This document shows positions 54,105 through 64,000 of a stretch of DNA of 64,000 nt, piece by piece. The notes under the pieces are model-generated. The model saw nothing but the letters and a program-made list of their open reading frames with translations. It had not been told where the DNA came from and searched no databases. The stretch is from Octopus sinensis (taxonomy: Eukaryota), in the NCBI RefSeq assembly GCF_006345805.1, contig NC_043000.1:142228001-142292000 (forward strand), read 5' to 3'. Numbering within the stretch: the first letter of the stretch is position 1; each line of letters opens with the position of its first letter. A program made the position numbers and the translations under genes.

Positions 54105-57100
54105 AATCCAAGCGCAAAATGAAAATTCAACCGTCACTAAGTGTGGGTAATGATGCCGGAGATCCTATATTGCTAGAATAAGTGTTTAAATAATTTTTAA
54201 TGTTATAGAAGGTAACTGCCCAATGGTTGACTCGAGGATCCCCAGACTAGTTCTAGTTTTTTCTTTGACTGTAGGCACCGTCACCGAGTAATACTTGAAC
54301 GGTGCAGGATCGGTTAATTCTCTTTGCCATAAAAATTTATGGTTGATTTAGCGAAACTTTAAAGTGTATACTAAAAATTATTATCAACTGCCAAGTGCAA
54401 TGTGATACCTCAAAAGAAAAATTCAGTTATTACTAAGTGTGACTAAGGATGCCGAAGCACGTACATTGCTAGAAATAAGAGTTAAGGTTAAAAGGTTCTT
54501 CATAGGACCACATGCAGCTCCGTTGTTATAGTGCTTACTTTTACGAAGTGACATCAAGTGAGGTGTTTTGCTCACGAACACAACATATCCACTCCCTTTG
54601 GAACCTTATGGTTATGGGTGTAACTCCCTAACCACTAACACAGGCGCCTCTACTACACACATACACACGCACAAAAATACATGTTTGTTTGTGTGCGTGC
54701 GGGGGGGCCTGTATAAGCAAGGAGCTTTTCAATATATAACGCCTTGTTGCCCAAACAATCACAGAATGATTTTCCATCGTTCCAAAGTTTAAGAAACATA
54801 TAGCCTCGAAATATTTTCTGGCAATTCTACCGAGAGCCATCTATTTTTGTTTTAAAGATGGTTTTTATTACTCATCGCTGTGAAGTAATGAGAAGGCTGT
54901 TGTCCTTTTTCTATATTACTCCGCGTGGATGTGATTAAAACTTGAATGAAACGAACATCATTGCTGACTGAATTTTGTCCGATTTAACAAATCCCTACCT
55001 ATATTCAAATATATATTTCCAGAAGCAAAATCTTTGTATACAAACTACGTTTCGGAAAGCTATGACTTCGGTTTATTAATTTACATTTAATCATATGAAT
55101 GTTTTTTATTGCATTAACACATAAAGATTAAAATAGAAGTATCCTGGAAAGTGCTTTCTTTTGTATGTCACACACGCACAAAAAAAAATCATTGCTCCAC
55201 GTATTTTGTCTATTTGTTTTGAAAAAAATGAATTTGCGGAGTTATAACAATATTTCAACCGAAGAATGAGAGAGAATGAACTTGTGCATCCGGAAGCGTT
55301 GTTCATAAATCAACGCGATCATATCAATAGTCAACATCTACAACTCGGATTTACAATAATATATAATGGTAATACTATAAAAAGAGATAAATTTATTTAA
55401 TCAACTAAAAGCATATATTTTATAGAACATCAAACAGTACCACTGCTAATATCAAAATCATTTTTGAGAATTATTGTATACTCCTGAGCCTGCATTTTTC
55501 ATTCGAAGTTATCAGATGTTATTTAAAAACCATCATAATTATAGAGAAATGCATTTGTAATAGGAAGATATTGTATATTATATAGACGTATATATATATT
55601 AAAGTTAACTTAGCAAAGCTACGTAAACCAAGTTATCATGAGAATTTGTTTAATAGGTTTAGATTAGTTTATGATATAATAGAAAATACGGTTTTGTCTC
55701 TCACTTGGCTTTCTCTTATGTTGCCATATTTTGTTTTACAAATTCATGAGTATTTTGACATCGATATATAGCAGAATTTATTTTTCAATTATCATAATAT
55801 AATACCTCACCGCTTAGAAATGTGACAGCTCTGTTTTAAAGAATTCCCATTTATGATGCTGCCATTTTATTTGCGAACATGAAGCCAAACGAAAACAGAT
55901 TTTTGTGACGTTTATTATATTTACTTGGTTTTAAACATGATTTATCTTCAGTTTACAGCGAATTATCCGTTGTAATTAAGTTAAGCAAAATCACTCGTAT
56001 GTATTCTTAGCCTAATCTTTTAAACAACACCCATAATGAGGGAAGTCAAATGATATTGGGGGTTGACATTAAAACTTATTAGAAAAATCAAAACAAGTCA
56101 TTTATGTGGAAGAATGATAAAGTATTATGCCTTTGCTGCATTACACGCTAACAAGCATGTCGTAAATGAACATGGGACACGTAATATATAGAAGAATACT
56201 AATAATTGATGCAAATTTCGAAAGCATTTACGTTGACTAGTAACCATAATAATGAAATATAATAGTTTGAATTATAGTGTACGCATTCTGTACCACTTCA
56301 AGTGATGGAGCACCAAAGTCATCTATAAAACATGTAATAGTAAAGTCACTTCAGAGAAAATGCACGAATCACACAAAGACAAATCATGAGAGTCATATTT
56401 GGTTTTCGTGTGAGGAGTTACGGAAATGCAAGAGTCAAAATAGACGAGCCAAATAAAATCAGAATTACAAACCTTATGATCGTGTACTCGTGTGTTAGTA
56501 ATTTTTGAGAACCGTTAAAATGTACAAGCATCTTTAAAATAAAGCTGTCATGTTTCTGTGCGGTGAGGTATTATATTATTATAATTGAAAAATAAATTTT
56601 GCTCTATATCGATGTCAAAATACTCATGAATTTATAAGACAAAAATTGCCTAACTTTTATAATGCGCTTGAAAGCAGTTGGTATAGTGTTTCTGAAATTC
56701 AACAATATGAATTCAAATATTAGTTTGGCTTTAAGCTTCCAAAATTCGTATGGTAGCTTCCTTTCTAATTTTACTTACTTAACATGAGACAAGGCAAATT
56801 AGTTTAGTGTTGACTCCTTGGCTATTATTATAAAATGTATTATTTGCTAATGAATGTTAAAAACACATATACTATCGAACAATTTATCAGACCCAGCATG
56901 CGATATTGACTGATCAGATGAAAATATGCAATGATAATCCAGGAGAAATTGAAAACTCTGAATGAACTGTGTGACGATTATTGAAAAAAACAAGAAATAA
57001 CCTAAAGGATGTGCCCCTGATAAAAGATAAAAAAGCTACATGATGCTACGTAATATCAGTGTTTCTGATATAGAAACTTTCCTTAACAATTAAGGTTATA

Positions 57101-57399
57101 GAAATTTTCTTTAACAATTTCGCGAATGCAGAACAAACCCCGGTGAAACACGTGTAGAGGGCGGGAGATCACCTACAACAGCAGCCGCAACCATATAGGG
57201 TAGCAGCCCACAGTTTTGAACTTTCGGTGAATTGCTTCGCCTGGTTCATATCCTTTATGCATTGTAGCAGCAAACCTACAACAATCGATTTTTACCGGGA
57301 TTGTAGGTAATGACGAATCTGCCCAAACATTCTTACCCCTAATGCACCTATTATTACATAAAATGCCTTAGCTTGAGGACTTCTGACTCGAAAACAGGT

Positions 57400-59050
57400 G
57401 ACAGATAGCACTGGAAGTTACCATGAAGAAACGTTAACATACATATCTTGAGTTACCAAAATTCCTGTATGGTTCGTGAGTATCAATATCTTTCACAGTT
57501 AGATCAGATGAGGCATTGCAGACATCACGACATCCAAGCAGATTAACTAGAAAGACAAGAGAGATCATTCTGATCACGACTGCCTAAATGATCATTATAT
57601 TCTCTTAGTAAAATCACAGTGAATGCTTTTTATACAATATAATCGCCAACTAATCGTGAAGTTAAGAGATTTGTAAAGTAAATTTTATGAATTAATCACA
57701 TGGCGAATGAATTCAGTTTTGGCCATGCCTATAAATTTATGTATTCCCGGTCTGCAGTGATTTCGAGTAATCATAATATGTTCAATTATGCATAACGGCA
57801 TTAATGTCAGCAACCGTCCAGTATTCTAAACAGATTACTTCCAAAGTAATTACTTCACCTTCATATGCAGGCGTAGTTTAACTGATCTTAGATGCGTGAT
57901 GAACTGATCTGGAAAAATCTACTTTATTAAAGGGCGCATCATCTTGTACAAGTATACAAGACACGACTGAAGTAAACTACTGATAGTATTTCTTCTAAGG
58001 AATGAAATACTCGACCAATCTTCCATTGTTTAATCCCAGTAAAGAAAGCATAGTTTCCCCGCAATCAATATGCGTACCAGTCTCAACAGTATCATATGCG
58101 CTAATTAAAATAACATTGTTAAAGTTGCGGAATTAAGCCCATAAATTCGTAATCTTCGCAATAAAACATCATATGTCGTGATCCAGGGAAACAAAATTGT
58201 TGCACATACTTTTTTATAAACAGAGTTGCATGAATAGTCATAGGTTTTTGTTACAAATATTTGTATCATTTTGCTTTTTTTTCGTTTATGATTTTGTGAG
58301 ATAAATTCGTTGTTACTTTAGATCTGTATGTGAATTGAGGAAGTTTAGCGGCGATTCCAGGTTGATCGAGTGACTGCATAGACTCCCTTGTTGGGTTGAG
58401 ATATTGTTAAAAAATATTTTGAATATACAAAGTCTGAACACTATGTTCACGTTCACCTAGAATAGGGTTGAGAAAGGCTAGTCTTGGTATCACATCGAGC
58501 TAATAATATGAAGGCAAATAGTATTAACGGAACATTTAAATTATATTTAATCACAATACATTTTACATCAGAGAGCTTATATGAAATACATATTTAAATT
58601 CTAATTTAAAATTTTAATTCTAATTTAAAATTTGCATATGGCAACAATATATAAAATATCAAAACTTCAACATGATATAAAATCTGCAGTGTGCGAGTGG
58701 ACAAAAGTGAACAAGGTGTTATATATATCAAATTTAGCAGTGGTTGTCGTAGTTTCCAGATATTGAGCAGAATTTGTATTTAAAAAGAGGAAAAACGAGG
58801 GATATTTAAATCCAAATTGACCCTGACACCACCTTAGATTTGGATTGAACGAGTGAAGCGAAAACTTTTCCATTATACAGTATTGCAAGTTGAGAGATTA
58901 TTGCTGATGGCAACCAGATCGAAATCAAATTGTGATGTAAGAGACTTCGAGTAGTTTCTTGATGATGATTCACATTAGGCTGTACTCAGGATTCTTTCAG
59001 AAACCACCAACACTGATGTAGGAGATGCAATTATATAAATAATGACATCA
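57400..59050 (-). mobile_element. Highly decayed CR1/L2-type LINE (endonuclease and RT traces)
   Basis: Minus-strand traces FDLVAIS and GGVRVNL (APE-like), LDHDI..LLRRLRIYG and ILVQDD (RT-like). Many stops. Confidence 0.4.
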
Positions 59051-60499
59051 AAATCACCGATCTCACACAGCTGGGAAAAGTCATAGGCACTGGTCGTTCC
59101 TCCGAAGCTAGCATTCAAATATTAAACAGACGCTTAATCCGAATGTATAGAAAGAAGTTCTGGTACCACTGGTTGATGTTAAACTAGATAACGGATCGAA
59201 GCTACCATCTAAGTAGGACATGGTGTGATTTGACATCAAAGAACAATAGGTTGAAACAAATATTGTCCTAGCATTTGCGCCAGTCAACCGGCCACTACTA
59301 ACATGTTATTTCGCGGTTCAAAAGAATGATTTGTACTTTGAATACAAATGCTGGAATAAATATTACAATGAATTTTGTTCGGCGTTCTATAAATTTCCAA
59401 TTTTCTATGTAATGTTAACTCTATATGTCTATGTTCTAAAAATACAGTAAAACGCTAACAATGATTAATAAAATTGTAGAATTCTATGTAGAATTTGTTC
59501 ATTCTTCTTCAGGTTTTCATCATATGAAATCCTGTTGGAGACTTCTTTGCTACTCATATTTTTGAATTGATAACGGAACTACTAGTCAATAATTGTTACA
59601 AAGTCAATGTATTTGTTACACAATTTCTATGAAACTATCATGGTTAGATCCTTTTTGCTTCGTAGAATTTGTTATATATTTCTGGAAATTTAAAAAGAAC
59701 ATCAAATGTAATGCGGTGTAGAATTTTACTATACGATTCCAGTTTTGACACAGCTTTACCCATCTGAAACCAAAAATGTTAACACTTATCTAATACCAGC
59801 AGAGACAACAAAAACATTACCAGCAATAGCAGCAAAAATTAAAGATGTTATGGTGACAGTGACATCACCATATTCAGATCACTAACAACGCTGCAATAAA
59901 TAGCAGCGACAGCAATAGAAGCTACAAGTAGGAGGTTGAAAATCAATAAGGAAGACACAGTAGCAAAACAATTCTGCCAATACTACTAGCTGAGCCACCC
60001 CTTTCACTGCTGCCACCGCCACAAATATTGACACAAAAACCATTAATAACCCCAACACCACGGTTTGTTAACCAACGGTCTACTAGCAGCACTGTTGCCG
60101 TTATAAATGTTTTGGCTAACGTAGTTCGACTGCTCGAATGAACTGATCTACTGCAGAAAATTTTGGAAAATGTGGAGCATCTCTTTATCTATAAAGAAAG
60201 ATCAGCATTCTTGAATTCATTGTATATATAGGTGTACAGAACGGAGTTGAAGAAAGTGAAGCGAGAGACATAAAACCAAGTAGAAGTGTACCCTTAACTA
60301 ATCTTGGCAACCGAAACATACATCGTATGTGAGAAAATGAGCGGCATGACCACGGTTTAATTCATAACTGAGAAGGCGCACAGAAAAGACTCTGAAATAC
60401 TTCTTACGAGTGATAAAGTGCACCTCACATTTGTCTAACTCAGTAGAAATAACGTAAGACTGCAGTTACAATATGTATGCATCACAAGGTCAATCGCAA

Positions 60500-62850
60500 T
60501 TACAAGGTAAAATCCCTGTGCTTTTTTCGGAAAAATCTGCATCCTTCAGCAGGATCTGTTTTTCGGGATTCAACGTTAAGTCAGTGATTCAGAATTTGAT
60601 CTGCAGCAAAGACCTTGCCTTCCGACAATTAGTCGTTTACAACACAATTGCGTCGTAACCCGTTGCTCGGTGGAAGATTTCTTCAGATGTCATGGGAACG
60701 TTCTTCTTATCAATATCTGAAATAGTTTGACTCTGATCATCAACCACAGGCATGTTTTTTATTCTATATTGTTAGAGGAAAATTTCTTGGTACCGGGATA
60801 TTTACTTATTGGCATCTCTCTGTTCAATATTTTCAAATATTGGCCATGTAGGGGCTTTATTTACGCCATTAACTTTTCATAGCAAACTGTAACCCCAATT
60901 TTAGCCTTTTCACATTTTCTATAGTCGCCGATAGATTTTTACTCATAGCTATCTGTCATTTCAATCTTTGTTTTATATTCGTTGGTTTTCTTGAAGGAAG
61001 ATATCAGTCTCTTTTTTTTGGTTTATGTTTCATGGCTATTTAATATAATTTTTCTTTGGTTCTGCATAGATCTTTTTGCTGTTCTGACGTGAATATTTTA
61101 TACTAGTTGTCTAGATTTATCCGACCCGAGCTACCCTGTATTCGTGCTAAGTATAATGTTTCAATGTCAAATTTTGATTGATATATTCTAAATGCAGTCA
61201 TTATTTTCATTACTTTCCTGTCTAGTCTTGCTAATCCGTTTAGCGTCCATTTCAGAATTTAGCTGTAACTTATTTCCGGGTCAGATAGAATTTTGATACC
61301 TAAATCCACTCTTTGCTTTATTTTGTATTTACTTCTGTTTTAAATATTAATATAATGCTTCTGTAATATTCTTTCCTGTCTTTTCTTTCATTTGTGTCTA
61401 TTGTACACTTAGTGATTTTTATGTTTGTATGGTTGTGTTAGATTTAATTCTCATATCTTTTATCTAGTGTCATAATTAGGTTTTTAAGTAACTTCCCTTT
61501 TATTAAAGTTGCCATAACGATCTTTTCTTTGCTAAATATTATAAAGATTTCTTTGAAAAGTTGGGGCAATATCCGCGTGGTATCTACTTTTTTCATCACT
61601 GGCAGAGTACTACTTGATGCATTTACCATTTACTATCATGTGCTGTCCGTTCCGTTTAACCTGTGAATTAGGTATGTTAGTAGCAGACAAAAAAGGAGTG
61701 AAGAGAGGGTTATCGCTTAAAATGTCCTTCTTCTAACAGAGATGGAAGCAGCTTTATAATTACTTCTTTGGCTATGACAGCAGAGATGTGTCATATTTAT
61801 TCTTTACATTCATATATATTATTAATGGTGCTACCTGTCTCATGACCATTGTTTACAAGACTCGCGTGTGAAGACTACTGTGAAAACCCTACTTTTAACT
61901 AACCGATGTTTTGCTTGAGCCTTTCTTTCCCATTCTGTAGTCTTCAGTTATAGCTGTTTTGACACATAATTCATCTTTAATTTTGAGTCTCTGTAGCATC
62001 TTTTCATCTCTTATGGAATCAGATTACTTTCCTAAATATTTGTTTGCGATCTTCGAAGTTTCAATCAACAATTTTTAGATAGTTGGAAGTTATGTTATTG
62101 GTATGTACCTTATGGGCCTTGTGTTTTTTTTAATAAATTTGGTGATTAAGTGTGAGGTAAGTCAGTGAGGTGTTGTTTTCGACAGTGTTATTATCTCATT
62201 AAACGTTTCTGTTATGACCTTTTATATATTTGTTGAATTGAAACTTTTGAGTACATTTTCATGATGCGGAAGCTGTAACTAGTTGCTGTTGGCATTAACC
62301 GACTTAATAATTCTGTTGTTAAAGCCGACAATTCTTCAGATATTGTATTTCTTATTTCGATCTATCATTTACGTAGCGAGTCTAACATTGTCCCTGCCCA
62401 CTCCTCAATATATTCCTACTCCTGAAGCTGGTTGTCATACTTTGAATTCAATTCGACTCTTGTCAATTTGCTTTTTATTGTTTGCTTGTGTTTACGAAAT
62501 GAAATCTATTAAATATCTATCAATTTCGTTTCATATCTTTTTAATTTAGTTTCAAAATGTATATTTTTCAAGTAAGGTCTGTTTGGACACAGAGTGATGT
62601 CAGCTGTTTTTCTTTCCAATTTTGAAACCTATATTATTGTGCTATCATTTTTAGCAATCGATGGTTACTGTAAAATACACACGAAATAGAGAAACAGTTC
62701 AGCATTCTCCGTTTAAACATTGTTATGTGTGGTATATGCAGCTTTAGGCTAAAACCGGGCATTGTATTTAAATTGTCATCATTTTTATCGAATACCAGTT
62801 TATCTGACTGCTTGATGTTGATTGTTGTACGCAACATTTTCCTAATATTT
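60500..62850 (-). mobile_element. Old R4/Dong-like LINE with RT domain
   Basis: YIPITxLPTIxKLL, KDELCVKTAITED, RRxFxxD (QGD region), LKWTLNGLARLDRK..SKFDIETLYL and PLHGQY. Confidence 0.78.
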
Positions 62851-63254
62851 GTAGAAGAAATTCAAAATAAGCATGCCCTAATGGACTGAGTTATTCAGGG
62901 TATTCTTTTTGGATTTTGTTATTTTTCTTGTGCATAAAAGTAAAAATAGGGATGAATGGGTCTGATATTGATATGAGATTTTGATGGTCGTGGTTACACG
63001 CTGTATGAGACCATGGTATATTGTAAACATTTGTAACACTCATATTGTATGGATTAAAGATAAACAATCGGGACACAATATCAACAACGTAATCATCTTT
63101 CAACGTTTTCGCAGTGGTTGTTCCAGTTGCTGTACTTTTTTTCATTTGTTGCTATTGGATTTTATTTTGGTGCAATGAATCAGTATTCTATCATGTTAAA
63201 AGTCATTTACTCGCTCAGACCCCTTTTTCATGAATGTATGGGTTTAAGGGAGAT

Positions 63255-63454
63255 TTTCTACTACTACTACCACCAGCACCACCACCGCCACCACCACCAC
63301 CACTACCACTACTACTACTATCACCACCACCACCACCAACACCACCACCACTACTTCTACTACTACTACTACTACCACCACCACCACCACTAAAACAACA
63401 ACAACTACTACTACTACTACCACCATCACCACCATCACCACCAACACCACCACC

Positions 63455-63490
<36 letters not shown>

Positions 63491-63510
63491 TCCTCTTCTT
63501 CTCCTTCTTC
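63255..63510. repeat. (ACT/CAC/CTT)n compound triplet microsatellite
   Basis: Seen directly; explains the poly-H/P/G/V ORFs. Confidence 0.95.
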
Positions 63511-64000
63511 TTCTTGACCACAATAGCGTATGATTGGAGATATTCGAACCCAACTTCCCTGAATGCCACTAAGAATGCATTAACCTTTGTTTCTTTTAAT
63601 TTTCTGATGGTGCGTGCTTTTGTGTGCACGAGATTTGGTTGTTATTTCCAGTAAGTCAAGTGACTGCGTAGGAGGGCCCGCATAAATTTGAGTATTACTT
63701 CTAGTACAAGCCACTACTTTTTTTAAACAAACGTTTACTCCTGTATAAAAAAAGGATATACTTTATTTCATGTATTTTTTCTTTAATTTTAATTTCAAAC
63801 TTTTTCTTCCTTCTCACTTAACTAAGTATAAAAGATTTTTAAATACGTAAATGATGACGATAGCTTCCGTTTGTCAGAGTAAAGAATTACATATAAAAAA
63901 GATTTAAACATTAACGTTGAAAGGCACGAATAATGATGATATAAATGATATGAAAAACTAATAATAATGATAATAGTAATGATACTAATAATAATAATAA

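Noticed and set aside
57120-57160. CCGGTGAAACACGTGTAGAGGG, a hammerhead-like 3' half
   Set aside because: No CUGANGA and no stem I partner upstream; at best an unrecognisable relic.
60200-60360. Minus-strand peptide FFNSVLYTYIYNEFKNA resembling GPCR TM7
   Set aside because: Short, flanked by stops, lacks NPxxY and has no upstream TM helices; it lies next to a decayed LINE.
63215-63553. Poly-Pro, poly-His and Gly/Ser-rich ORFs
   Set aside because: Explained entirely by compound triplet repeats that are open in several frames on both strands.

Overview
AT-rich, microsatellite-saturated eukaryotic DNA, most likely octopus (inferred from the SINE families and repeat landscape). I found no host protein-coding gene, rRNA, true tRNA gene or CRISPR array. 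The window is a transposon graveyard: about 20 tRNA-derived SINEs of about 4 families, 4 decayed mariner elements, 1 full-length Buster-type hAT fossil with TIRs, several R4/Dong-like RLE LINEs (two flanked by (AAT)n on both sides), CR1/L2 fragments and 4 Penelope-like element (PLE) fragments. The most notable signal is a set of hammerhead-ribozyme (HHR) motifs. One is a ~470-bp tandem array with a head-to-head inverted copy (44795-46390) carrying a type I HHR per unit, resembling a non-LTR retrozyme or PLE pseudo-LTR array. Another is an unusual A3-U8 core variant in the 3' UTR of two PLE copies. Further decayed HHRs sit beside (TA)n runs, and there are several long fold-back hairpins. All calls were made by eye; coordinates of decayed elements are approximate and no ribozyme activity has been tested.
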